Below the pieces are notes generated by a model. The model was not told the origin of the DNA, did no database searches, and worked only from the letters and a program-made list of their open reading frames with translations. The position numbers and the translations under genes are program-made. A stretch of DNA of 64,000 nt from Terricaulis sp. (GTDB lineage Bacteria; Pseudomonadota; Alphaproteobacteria; Caulobacterales; Aquidulcibacteraceae), in contig JBEBHQ010000006.1 in the NCBI GenBank assembly GCA_040080805.1, positions 380 to 64,379 of the forward strand, written 5' to 3'. Shown in pieces: positions 9,399 to 17,933 of the stretch; within the stretch, counting starts at the first letter, position 1; each line of letters begins with the position of its first letter.

Positions 9399-9485
9399 AA
9401 CCAGCGCCACCGACTATGAGGAGTACAGCTACGATGTCGCCGGCAATGTCACCCAGACGCGCCGCCGCGACGGGCAGCTGATCGG
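9399..9485 (+). repeat. Third short rhs fragment (87 nt)
   Basis: Matches 8282-8368 with 3 mismatches, and matches 5648-5734. It is cut on its right side at the inferred IS66 left end. Confidence 0.8.
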
Positions 9486-9593
9486 TACGCATCCGGCGAA
9501 GGCCGTCTTGCGCGAAGCGGGCTGCCCGTGAGGATCGCCGGCTGACGCTTAGTCTAGGGACGCGTTCTTAGACTAGGCGCTGGCGAGGCGACG

Positions 9594-9952
9594 ATGGACA
9601 TCATTCTCGGCAAGGAGCGCAGGCGCTGGTCGGAGGACCAGAAGCGAGAGATCGTGGCTGAGACGTTTGTCGAGGGCGCGACGGTCACTGATGTGGCGCG
9701 CAGTACGGCGCCAGTCGGAGCATGGTGTTCTCATGGCGCAAGCGCTTTCGGGGCGAGCCCTGGGCGCGACCTCAGCCTGCTTTCATGCCGGTGATGCTCG
9801 CGCCACCCTCGCCGGAGGCGCCGCCGGCAAACGTAGCGTCCGATGCGCCCACGATTGATGTCGCCTTCGCCTGCGGCGCGCGCCTGCGGGTGGCCGGCGC
9901 GGTTGATCCGGCGTTGGTCGCAGGCATCGTCAAGGCGCTGACGCGCGCATGA
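9594..9952 (+). pseudogene. tnpA: IS66 tnpA (orf1) with a 1-nt frameshift
   Basis: MDIILGKERRRWSEDQKREIVAETFVEGATVTDVAR (frame of 9594) continues as QYGASRSMVFSWRKRF... in the frame of ORF 9722..9952. One C appears to be missing in the GCGCGC run near 9701. Confidence 0.8.
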
Positions 9953-10308
9953 TCCCGATTCCGCAAGGCGTCCGTGTTTGGCTCGCCGCCGGCCACACCG
10001 ACATGCGCAAGGGCTTCGACGGACTGGCGCTCGCGGTGCAGGAGCGGCTGAAGATGGACCCGCATACCGGACAGCTATTTGTTTTTCGCGGCAGGCGCGG
10101 CGATCTGATTAAGGTGCTCTGGCACGATGGTCAGGGTCTGTGCCTATTTTCGAAGCGGCTGGAGCGCGGACGATTCGTGTGGCCGCAAATAAACATTTCT
10201 AGCGCCGAGGGGAGCGTGCATCTGACGCCGGCGCAGCTCGGCTATTTGCTCGAAGGCATCGATTGGCGTCTGCCGCAACGGACCTGGACGCCGCAAGCCG
10301 CCGGATGA
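9949..10308 (+). CDS. tnpB: IS66 family insertion sequence element accessory protein TnpB (orf2)
   Basis: 119 aa. MIPIPQGVRVWLAAGHTDMRKGFDGLALAVQ...LFVFRGRRGDLIKVLWHDGQGLCLFSKRLERGRFVWP is the conserved IS66 Orf2 signature. ATGA overlap with tnpA. Confidence 0.92.
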   Translation: MIPIPQGVRVWLAAGHTDMRKGFDGLALAVQERLKMDPHTGQLFVFRGRRGDLIKVLWHDGQGLCLFSKRLERGRFVWPQINISSAEGSVHLTPAQLGYLLEGIDWRLPQRTWTPQAAG

Positions 10309-10407
10309 AGCGACAAATTGAATCAGCACGCACGCAGGGGCGCCTCAAAGCCTGCGAATTGTGCTTCTATCGCGGTCGTGACAGCTGATCGCTCCGACGA
10401 GGTGGAG

Positions 10408-11110
10408 ATGCTGAAGCGCCGGCTGGCCGAGCGCGACCGCGAGCTTTTAGAAGCGCACGCCGCCCGCATCGCCGCCGAAGCTGAGAAATCCAGCGTCGAA
10501 GCTTTGGTCGCGCATCTGCAACTCGAGATCGCCAAGCTCCGCCACGACAAATTCGGCCAATCCTCCGAGCGACGCTCGCATCTGCTTGAACAGCTTGAAT
10601 TGGAGCTCGCCGATCTTGAGGGCGATGTTGCGCAGGATGCGATTGCCGCCGAGGTCGCCGCAACCAGAGCTGCGGGTCATGCGATCACGCCGGCGCAAGC
10701 CAAGCGTAAACCGGCGCGTGGGCCCCTGCCGGAGCATTTGCCGCGCGAGCGCGTTGTGATCGTGTCGCCTTCTTCTTGTCCGTGCTGCGGGTCGGACAAG
10801 CTGGCCAAGCTCGGCGAGGACGTGACCGAGACGCTGGAAGTGATCCCGCGACAATGGAAAGTGATCCAGCACGTGCGCGAGAAATGGAGCTGCCGCGCGT
10901 GCGAGAAGATCACGCAACCGCCGGCGCCCTTCCATGTCATTGCGCGCGGACGCGCCGGCGCGAGCTTGCTGGCGATGATCCTCGCCTCGAAATACGCCCA
11001 ACACCTGCCGCTGACGCGTCAAGGCGAAATCTACGCGCGCGAAGGCGTCGAAATTGATGTCTCGACCATGGCCGATTGGGTGGGCGCGTGCGCGGCGACG
11101 CTCTACCCAC
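10408..11110 (+). pseudogene. tnpC: IS66 family transposase TnpC, N-terminal part only
   Basis: Leucine-zipper-like N-terminus, KLRHDKFGQSSER, and the zinc-finger region CPCCGSDKLAKLGEDVTETLEVIPRQWKVIQHVREKWSCRAC. The reading frame loses sense at 11111, where the IS3 terminus begins. The DDE domain is absent. Confidence 0.85.
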
Positions 11111-11174
11111 TGAGGCGCCCCCCGTTTGGTCCCGCACTTGAAAGGAGAGTCCTTGATCGAGGAAAGGCTCTCAC

Positions 11175-11438
11175 ATGCGGAAATCCCGTTTCACCGAGGA
11201 ACAGATCATCGCCATCCTGGCCGAGCAGGAGCGCGGATTAACCACGGCGCAGGTGTGCCGCAAACACGGATTGAGTCCGGCGACGTTTTACAAATGGAAG
11301 GCCAAGTTCGGCGGCCTGGACGTTTCCGAGGCGCGCCGGCTCAAACTGATCGAGGACGAGAACCGGCGGCTGAAGAAGCTGTTGGCCGAGGCGGTTCTGG
11401 ACAATGCGGCGCTGAAGGACATGCTCGGAAAAAACTAA
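11175..11438 (+). CDS. IS3 family transposase OrfA (HTH)
   Basis: 87 aa. [72 protein letters not shown] is typical IS3/IS407 OrfA. Confidence 0.92.
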   Translation: MRKSRFTEEQIIAILAEQERGLTTAQVCRKHGLSPATFYKWKAKFGGLDVSEARRLKLIEDENRRLKKLLAEAVLDNAALKDMLGKN

Positions 11439-12322
11439 TCACGCCGGCGGCGAAGAAGGCGGCGGCGGTGAAGGCCGTCGCCGTCCACGGCCTCTCCCAG
11501 AGGCGCGCATGCGCGCTCGTCGGCGTTGACCCCAAAACTGTTCGCAAGCCTGAAGTCCGCGACAACCCGGAAATTCGGGTGCGGATGGTCGCCATTGCCG
11601 AACAACGCCGCCGCTTCGGCTATCGCCGCATCGGCATCATGCTCGCGCGCGAAGGCATCGTGATGAACCACAAGAAGTTGTACCGCCTCTACAGCGAGGA
11701 GCGCCTGACCGTGCGCAAGCGAAAAGGCCGCAAACGCGCGCTGGGATCAAGGAATCCGATGCCCGCCTCCAGCGCGCCGAACGCGCGCTGGAGTCTCGAC
11801 TTCGTCTCCGACACGTTCGGCGCCTCGCGCCGCTTTCGCATCCTCGCCGTGGTCGACGATTGCACGCGCGAGAGCATCGCCATGATCGCCGACACTTCGA
11901 TCGGCGGCGTGCGCGTCGCCCGTGAGCTCGACGCCATGATCCGGCTTTACGGCAAACCGGCGGCGATCGTCTCCGACAACGGCACGGAATTCACCTCGCG
12001 CGCGATGCTCGAATGGCAGGGCCGCGAGCATGTCGCCTGGCATTATATCGAGCCGGGAAAACCCCAGCAGAACGCGTATTCGGAAAGCTTCAACGGCCGC
12101 TTGCGCGACGAATGTCTGAACGAAACCTGCTTTGACAGCCTCGATCACGCCAGACGCACGCTGGCGCGCTGGCGCTACGATTACAATTACGTGCGCCCGC
12201 ACTCGGCCCACAACGGCATGCCCCCGGCGTCGGCGCGCGCTGGGCCCGTGGGCGGGGCGTCGAGCCATGGTGGGGCAAACTCGCCGCCCCGCCCACTACC
12301 CTCCAGCCAAGGATCGGGTTAA
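11426..12322 (+). CDS. IS3 family transposase OrfB (DDE integrase core), expressed as OrfAB by programmed -1 frameshift
   Basis: The -1 frame relative to orfA is open from the slippery run GGAAAAAAC (A6 at 11429-11434). rve-type motifs are present: [48 protein letters not shown]. Confidence 0.88.
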   Translation, partial: RKKLITPAAKKAAAVKAVAVHGLSQRRACALVGVDPKTVRKPEVRDNPEIRVRMVAIAEQRRRFGYRRIGIMLAREGIVMNHKKLYRLYSEERLTVRKRKGRKRALGSRNPMPASSAPNARWSLDFVSDTFGASRRFRILAVVDDCTRESIAMIADTSIGGVRVARELDAMIRLYGKPAAIVSDNGTEFTSRAMLEWQGREHVAWHYIEPGKPQQNAYSESFNGRLRDECLNETCFDSLDHARRTLARWRYDYNYVRPHSAHNGMPPASARAGPVGGASSHGGANSPPRPLPSSQGSG

Positions 12323-12371
12323 GAAAGAAAAGACTCTGCTTCCCGATGAGGGACCGTAAGGGGGCGCCTCA

Positions 12372-12538
12372 GACTCAATCCGTGTTTGCGGCACACCTGC
12401 GCCGTGGTTAATCCGCGCTCCTGCTCGGCCAGGATGGCGATGATCTGTTCCTCGGTGAAACGGGATTTCCGCATGTGAGAGCCTTTCCTCGATCAAGGAC
12501 TCTCCTTTCAAGTGCGGGACCAAACGGGGGGCGCCTCA
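12372..12538 (-). mobile_element. Inverted partial copy of the IS3 left end (167 bp)
   Basis: Appears to be an exact reverse complement of 11111-11277 (IRL plus the first part of orfA). It abuts the right terminus of the complete copy directly. Confidence 0.9.
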
Positions 12539-12650
12539 TGCGTCATCGCGAATGCCGTCAAGTTGGAACAAAAAGGGGGATTCCGTGCCCACCAGGTGCC
12601 CACCAAGGCGCTGGCGCTCGGCGGGAAGTCGCCATAACTCATTGATTTTA

Positions 12651-12727
<77 letters not shown>

Positions 12728-12834
12728 TGGTCGCACGGGCACCGGCTTGAACCGGCGCGCGGCGGGCGACACCTCTAGCCGAGCTTGGCCGCGAAGGCGA
12801 GCCCCGCGCATCACTGTCTTGACGTCGAAGGACC

Positions 12835-13359
12835 CTAGCTCGCCGGCGGCGGGCGGACGATGCGGCCTTGCAGGTTCGCTTGCACTTCGCGCGCATCGAA
12901 GGCGTTCGCGTCGTTGGCGGGTTTGGGGCCGCTGAACATCGCGATCTCCGCGATCGCCTCATAGCGCGTCACTTCGCGATAGCTGGCCGGCTCATCCCAA
13001 AAGCTATCGTACCAAGGGCTCCAGCCGCGCCGGGGCGAGAAGTACCAATAATCAAACGCAAAATGCGAGCGCGCCGGTCCAGTGCCTTGCAAACGCGAAT
13101 GCTCTTCAGTGTCGCGATTGGCGACGATGAAATAATCCTGGCCGTTTTGCAGCGTCACTTCGGCGGCGCGGAAGAGCAGATATGTCTCAACCGTGTCACG
13201 ATCCGTGGTTGTGTTGCCGCGAAAAGTGATGCGGACGCGGTTGGCTTCGATCTGTTGCTCTTGGAAGCCGTAGCGATCCTGCGCGGCGGGCTGGTACGGG
13301 GTGGCGGTGGCGCACGCGGTCAACAAGCCCGCAATTGCGGCGATCACTAAGGTTCGCAT
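12835..13359 (-). CDS. Putative lipoprotein (conserved hypothetical)
   Basis: 174 aa with signal peptide and lipobox MRTLVIAAIAGLLTAC. Confidence 0.7.
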   Translation of the reverse strand: MRTLVIAAIAGLLTACATATPYQPAAQDRYGFQEQQIEANRVRITFRGNTTTDRDTVETYLLFRAAEVTLQNGQDYFIVANRDTEEHSRLQGTGPARSHFAFDYWYFSPRRGWSPWYDSFWDEPASYREVTRYEAIAEIAMFSGPKPANDANAFDAREVQANLQGRIVRPPPAS

Positions 13360-13428
13360 GCGACGATCTCCGAATTCTACCCCGCGCGTTTACTATGTAG
13401 GTAGGCGTTCCCCGGCGCCAATCCCAAT

Positions 13429-13704
13429 CTAGTGATGGGCTAGCAAATCCACCTTGCGGAAGGCCGCTGGCGCAAGCGTCTCGCCGGAAGCAAGCTGAAC
13501 CGAATGGATGACCGCCTCGATTTCGCTGCGCCAGAATTCGAGGAAGCGGTGGATGCGCGGATAGGCTGGCGCGAGGTCGAGCGTTTGCCAAACGAAGCTT
13601 TGTAGCAAAGCTGGGTGGTCGGGCATGTAATAGAGCACTTCAGCGGTGGCGAGGCGCCAGCCGCCCAGTCTCAACTCAAGTTCGCCGTGACGTCCCTGAT
13701 GCAT
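13429..13704 (-). CDS. Usg family protein
   Basis: 91 aa. TAEVLYYMPDHPALLQSFVWQTLDLAPAYPRIHRFLEFWRSEIEAVIHSV matches the Usg-like family pattern as I recall it. Confidence 0.8.
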   Translation of the reverse strand: MHQGRHGELELRLGGWRLATAEVLYYMPDHPALLQSFVWQTLDLAPAYPRIHRFLEFWRSEIEAVIHSVQLASGETLAPAAFRKVDLLAHH

Positions 13705-13767
13705 AAGCTAAGCTGCGGGCGCCTCCCTTAACAAGTCAATACTTTGATATTACTAGCAATTCAGCGC

Positions 13768-14106
13768 TCAGGCTGCCACGCGCGTGCGGGCGCTCGGCTT
13801 GCGCTGGCGCGCCAGCGCCTTGGCGCGCACCATACGCTGTGACGCAAAATGGCACGCGAGGTAGCCAAGCATGAGCGGCGGGGCGCCAACCACGAGGGGC
13901 AGCGTCGGCGACAAGCCGTCAGGGGCAAGCGCCATCGCCACCAGAAACAAGGTTAGCGGAAATCCGATCCCAAGCAGGATCAAGCCCGCCAAGCTCAGCA
14001 GGTGAGCTTCGGCGCGGAGCGTGGCGGCATTGGGTCGTTTGGAACGCATGAGCCAGGCGCTTGCGAAAATCACGCCACGCGAAAACGCGCGCCGCGCGCA
14101 TGACAT
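13768..14106 (-). CDS. Hypothetical membrane protein
   Basis: Two or three hydrophobic helices (LLSLAGLILLGIGFPLTLFLVAMAL, LPLVVGAPPLMLGYLACHF). The start is chosen at ATG 14106 to avoid overlap with the divergent gene. Weak call. Confidence 0.45.
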   Translation of the reverse strand: MSCARRAFSRGVIFASAWLMRSKRPNAATLRAEAHLLSLAGLILLGIGFPLTLFLVAMALAPDGLSPTLPLVVGAPPLMLGYLACHFASQRMVRAKALARQRKPSARTRVAA

Positions 14107-14237
14107 GAAGTGCGAACGCGCAACACGATCAAACGCTTGTGATACACGAAAAACACGGTCTTGATCATGTAACTTTAAGACAGAGGAACTATCTTCGCAA
14201 ACACAGCGTTGCTCCGCAGAAGCTGAGGCGCACTTCG

Positions 14238-14915
14238 ATGTCATTGGGGAACTTGCTGACCGCCGACGAGCACGAGCTCGTTGATCATTACCCAAACCGC
14301 GCCGAACATACGGCGGACGGGGTGGTTCACGCGGTAGGCATGCTCGCGGCCCTGGTTGGCGGCGGACTTCTGGTGGCGGTGGCGCTGATCAATCGCGGCG
14401 TGCCGATGGCCACCGCCAGTGCGCTTTACGCGCTCTGCCTGATGGCGATGCTGGCCGCCTCCGCCGTGTACAATTTCTCCAGACCAACCGCCGCGCGCCG
14501 CGTGCTGCGCCGCATCGACGAAGCCGCCATCTTCCTGATGATCGCCGGCTCTTACACGCCGTTCACCATAAAGCTGCTGCCTCCGGACTTCGCACTCTGG
14601 GTGACGGTGGCGATCTGGACCGCCGCCTTGGCGGGCGCTGCGGGCAAAGTCTTCTGGACCGGGCTTTCCGACCGCGCCTGGTGCGTGGTGTATCTCGCCT
14701 TTGGCTGGCTGGCGGTGCTGGTGCTCGGGCCGGTCGCGCCGACTTTGCCGCCGATCGCGTTCTGGCTGCTGGTCGCGGCGGGCCTCACCTATTCCGGCGG
14801 CGTCGTACTTTACCTCAACCACGCGCTCCCCTTCCGCCGCGCGATCTGGCACGGCTGCGTCGTGCTGGGCGCCGCCGGGCACTACGCTGCAGTGCTGCTG
14901 GGGCTGGTGCTTTAG
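14238..14915 (+). CDS. Hemolysin III / PAQR family channel protein
   Basis: Seven-TM profile with family landmarks: HAVG near TM1, DEAAIFLMIAGSYTPF, and HGCVVLGAAGHY near the C-terminus. Confidence 0.85.
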   Translation: MSLGNLLTADEHELVDHYPNRAEHTADGVVHAVGMLAALVGGGLLVAVALINRGVPMATASALYALCLMAMLAASAVYNFSRPTAARRVLRRIDEAAIFLMIAGSYTPFTIKLLPPDFALWVTVAIWTAALAGAAGKVFWTGLSDRAWCVVYLAFGWLAVLVLGPVAPTLPPIAFWLLVAAGLTYSGGVVLYLNHALPFRRAIWHGCVVLGAAGHYAAVLLGLVL

Positions 14916-15521
14916 CTTCACGGCGCTGCTTTCGTTCGCTTCGGAGTGACATACGCGCATGGCAAAGCGCGCCGCATTTCTGAAATGCGGCCTCGAAGCG
15001 TGTGTGACACCCCCGAAGGGAGGCGGGGCGCGTGGGACGCGCTGGTTTGGTTCCTTTAGTGAGCGCTGTTCCTCGCGAAACAACGCCGCGCGTCGCACGC
15101 GCCCCGTGGTGATTGTTATGCGCCGGGCCGGCACGGGGAGGTATTTCACTCCACTGGACGGTCCCCGGCGGCGTGCGGGCCTGAGCCTCAGGCACGGACC
15201 CCGACGGTTAGTGTGCCCCGTCGGCTTTAGCCTCCTTGCGCTTGGCGTCGCCGCCAATCCTGGGGAGCGCTTCACGCTCAATCACAGCCCCCACTTCTGG
15301 TGTGCCCGGCTAGCAACGAGAACCTCCCGTGCGGGGGATGAACGCAGTATGCGGGCGGTTTTGAGGTGTAGGATAGATTTTTTCGGGGGTGGGTCTTGGC
15401 CTGACGCGGACAGAGGCCTTGCGCGCAAGTGCTCGTGACATGCAGGTCGCTGTCCATTGTCGGGTCGAGAGGCTCTCCGAGATTCCCAATGCTGGTCATC
15501 CGCACGCGCCGATCACTGGCG

Positions 15522-16148
15522 TCACCAAACATTATCCTGCTTTCTCCACTGCCATGGCGGGATGGGGTTTTCCGTGCTCCACAACCCCACCTTTTTGGAC
15601 TTTGCCCAGGCTTCAAGGCGGTTCAGCTTGGCTTGCCGGTCTTTCGGCAGGTGGTCGTAGAACCTGCGCATTACCCATGCATGGCCGATAGTAACCATTC
15701 GCTCGTTTACGTTTAGCCATTCCTCTCCGTTCGCATGTCGCACGTAAATCGTAGCGAGCGTTCGCCCGTAAGAATCCAGCCCGTGTTCTTCAAGAACCAC
15801 CCTTCGCCCGCCGACGAGCTTGATTAGACCGAATGCGGCGATATCCCCCCAATGCTGGCCATCTTCCGGGCAGTCGATGGAATCGAGTCGGATCATCGTC
15901 TGGCTCCACCCCTTGGCGACGATCAACGTGTCGCCGTCCACCACGCGCATAACCTTGGCTTCCGGCAAATCCTTGAGAAGCGCTTGTACATCAGCAGCGC
16001 TGCGTGGCTTCGTTTTGGCGGCACCTCGGCTGTCACCGGAAACAGGCTCAGAATGGCGGGGCCACGGCCGCGCCTGACTCCGATGGAGTGTTCTGAAGAT
16101 AAGCCTGACGATGCTGAACATCTGACCGTGCACCGCGGCGCTGCCCAA
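15522..16148 (-). CDS. Thermonuclease (staphylococcal nuclease, SNase-like) family protein
   Basis: SNase core VMRVVDGDTLIV...IRLDSIDCPE...DSYGRTLATIY...VNERMVTIGHAWV. The N-terminal 70 aa are an unassigned extension and the start is uncertain. Confidence 0.8.
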   Translation of the reverse strand: MGSAAVHGQMFSIVRLIFRTLHRSQARPWPRHSEPVSGDSRGAAKTKPRSAADVQALLKDLPEAKVMRVVDGDTLIVAKGWSQTMIRLDSIDCPEDGQHWGDIAAFGLIKLVGGRRVVLEEHGLDSYGRTLATIYVRHANGEEWLNVNERMVTIGHAWVMRRFYDHLPKDRQAKLNRLEAWAKSKKVGLWSTENPIPPWQWRKQDNVW

Positions 16149-16279
16149 GCTATTTCAGGCGAACCCCGACACGGTGTCTAGGTCCTTCGCATTTTGGGCT
16201 AGAGTTTAGCCACGAAACTGCTCGCACCCCCAATGACCGCAGCTACCGCCATCGGCGAAAAATGGACATGCCCGCGATA

Positions 16280-16582
16280 TTAGTCATCGCCATCTCGACG
16301 TTTATCGGGTGGTGCGTTCGGGTTGAGTTCGTCGAGCCAGGCCGCGCGCTTGACTGGCAGCGGCTTTGTCGCCTCTTGGAATTCGCGCGGGCTCATAAAG
16401 GCGCCGGCCGCGCATGCGCCCGCACCGAATAGAAACAAGAAGGACCAAAACAGCCCACCAGGAACCAGAGCGGCGAAGCTCGGATCATCACGCTGCAAGT
16501 ACAGCCCGTAGAGGCGCAGCACGGCAAGGCCGCCGAAAACCAACAGGCCCGCGAGCATCGCCAAGATCCAAACCGCTCGCAT
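16280..16582 (-). CDS. Small hypothetical membrane protein
   Basis: 100 aa with two clear hydrophobic helices and a charged tail. Confidence 0.5.
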   Translation of the reverse strand: MRAVWILAMLAGLLVFGGLAVLRLYGLYLQRDDPSFAALVPGGLFWSFLFLFGAGACAAGAFMSPREFQEATKPLPVKRAAWLDELNPNAPPDKRRDGDD

Positions 16583-16603
16583 GTTCGGCCTCCATGGAGT
16601 CCA

Positions 16604-17851
16604 TCACTCGTTCTTCCCGCGCTTTTTATCCCGCTCCGCCAGGATCCGCAGCCGCAGCGCGTTGAGTTTGATGAAGCCTTCCGCGTCGGCTTGGTTGTAG
16701 CCGCCGGCTTCGTCGAAGCCGACGAGCTTTTTGGAATAGAGCGAGTATGGCGAAGAGCGTCCCACCGTGCGCACGCCGCCCTTGTAAAGCTTGAGCTTCA
16801 CTTCGCCGCTTACGCTCTCTTGTGAGGCGTCAATCGCGGCTTGCAGCATGTGGCGCTCGGGCGTCCACCAGAAGCCGTTATAGATGATGCTGGCATAGCG
16901 CGGCATCAGCTCGTCCTTCAAATGCATGGCGCCGCGGTCAAGCGTGATGCTCTCGATGGCGCGGTGGCCGTACCAGAGGATCGTGCCGCCCGGCGTTTCG
17001 TAAAACCCGCGCGACTTCATGCCGACATAGCGGTTCTCCACCAGATCGAGCCCGCCCACGCCATGCTTGGCCCCGAGGCGATTCAGTTCCGCCAGCAGCT
17101 CATGCGCCTTCATGGCCTTGCCATTGATGGCGACGAGGTCGCCGCGTTCAAAGGCCAGCGCGACTATTTCCGCGGAATCCGGCGCTTCTTCCGGCGTGAT
17201 GGTGCGGCGGTCGGCGCGCTTGGTGACGATCTCGGGAACTTCGGTGTCGGGGTCTTCCAGCGCCAAGCCTTCGGACGACGTGTGCAGCAGGTTCGCGTCG
17301 ATCGAGAACGGCGCGGCTTGTTCCTTTCCCTGCGCGATCTGGATGTTGTGCTTTTTTGCATAGGCGATGAGATCGGGACGGCCCTCGAAGCTCCATTCGC
17401 GCCACGGCGCGATCACGCGCACGTCCGGCTTCAGCGCATAGTACGAAACCTCGAACCGCACCTGGTCATTGCCCTTGCCGGTAGCGCCATGGCACACGGC
17501 GTCGGCGCCGACCATGTTGGCGATCTCGATCTGACGCTTGGCGATGAGCGGGCGCGCGATCGACGTGCCGAGCAGGTATTGCCCCTCATAGAGCGTGTTG
17601 GCGCGGAACATCGGGAACACGAAATCGCGCACGAACTCCTCGCGCAGATCGTCGATGAAAATGTTCTCCGGCTTGACGCCCATCGCCAGCGCCTTGGCGC
17701 GCGCCGGCGCCAGTTCCTCGCCTTGGCCAAGATCGGCGGTGAAGGTGACGATCTCGCAGCCATAAGTTTCCTCAAGCCATTTGAGGATGATCGACGTATC
17801 GAGCCCGCCCGAATAGGCGAGCACCACTTTTTTGACCTTGCCGTGCGCCAT
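16604..17851 (-). CDS. argG: Argininosuccinate synthase
   Basis: [21 protein letters not shown]-terminus and a full-length match to ArgG. The upstream in-frame ATG at 17893 is less likely. Confidence 0.95.
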   Translation of the reverse strand: MAHGKVKKVVLAYSGGLDTSIILKWLEETYGCEIVTFTADLGQGEELAPARAKALAMGVKPENIFIDDLREEFVRDFVFPMFRANTLYEGQYLLGTSIARPLIAKRQIEIANMVGADAVCHGATGKGNDQVRFEVSYYALKPDVRVIAPWREWSFEGRPDLIAYAKKHNIQIAQGKEQAAPFSIDANLLHTSSEGLALEDPDTEVPEIVTKRADRRTITPEEAPDSAEIVALAFERGDLVAINGKAMKAHELLAELNRLGAKHGVGGLDLVENRYVGMKSRGFYETPGGTILWYGHRAIESITLDRGAMHLKDELMPRYASIIYNGFWWTPERHMLQAAIDASQESVSGEVKLKLYKGGVRTVGRSSPYSLYSKKLVGFDEAGGYNQADAEGFIKLNALRLRILAERDKKRGKNE

Positions 17852-17933
17852 CTCACAACTCCGCGCGCGCGCCGCGCGGCGCTTTCCTTTCATGGTCGTC
17901 CCGCCAAATCAACGCGGCGCGCAAGATTTAACG

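Larger units (their letters stand above)
9486..11110 (+). mobile_element. IS66-family element, 3'-truncated (tnpA frameshifted, tnpB intact, tnpC cut by IS3)
   Basis: The three-ORF IS66 organisation is present. rhs homology breaks at 9485, where GTACGCATCC resembles the GTAAGCG-type IS66 terminus. The right part is replaced by the IS3 element at 11111. Confidence 0.8.
11111..12371 (+). mobile_element. Complete IS3-family element (IS407-like), 1261 bp
   Basis: TG...CA termini. The left end TGAGGCGCCCCCCGTTTGGTCCC and the reverse complement of the right end TGAGGCGCCCCCTTACGGTCCC form imperfect inverted repeats. orfA and orfB are joined by an A-run frameshift site. No flanking target-site duplication is seen. 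Confidence 0.85.
1..12650. mobile_element. Decayed integrative/conjugative-element-like genomic island abutting the 3' end of tRNA-Arg
   Basis: Contiguous mobile or accessory content (TA pair, excisionase-type HTH genes, truncated relaxase, Rhs toxin module, IS66 and IS3 elements) ends about 112 nt from the tRNA 3' end. The left boundary lies outside the window. No integrase gene is seen. Confidence 0.55.

Noticed and set aside
12296-12523. 75-aa minus-strand ORF identical at its start to the beginning of ORF 11126..12322 ([25 protein letters not shown]...)
   Set aside because: Both are out-of-frame readings across the IS3 left end. The second exists only because of the inverted 167-bp IS3 fragment. 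It is not a gene.
14916-15521. tmRNA, RNase P RNA or SRP RNA in the long convergent spacer
   Set aside because: Hallmark conserved strings of these RNAs were not found on either strand by eye. The region stays an open question in the findings, and no ncRNA feature is called.
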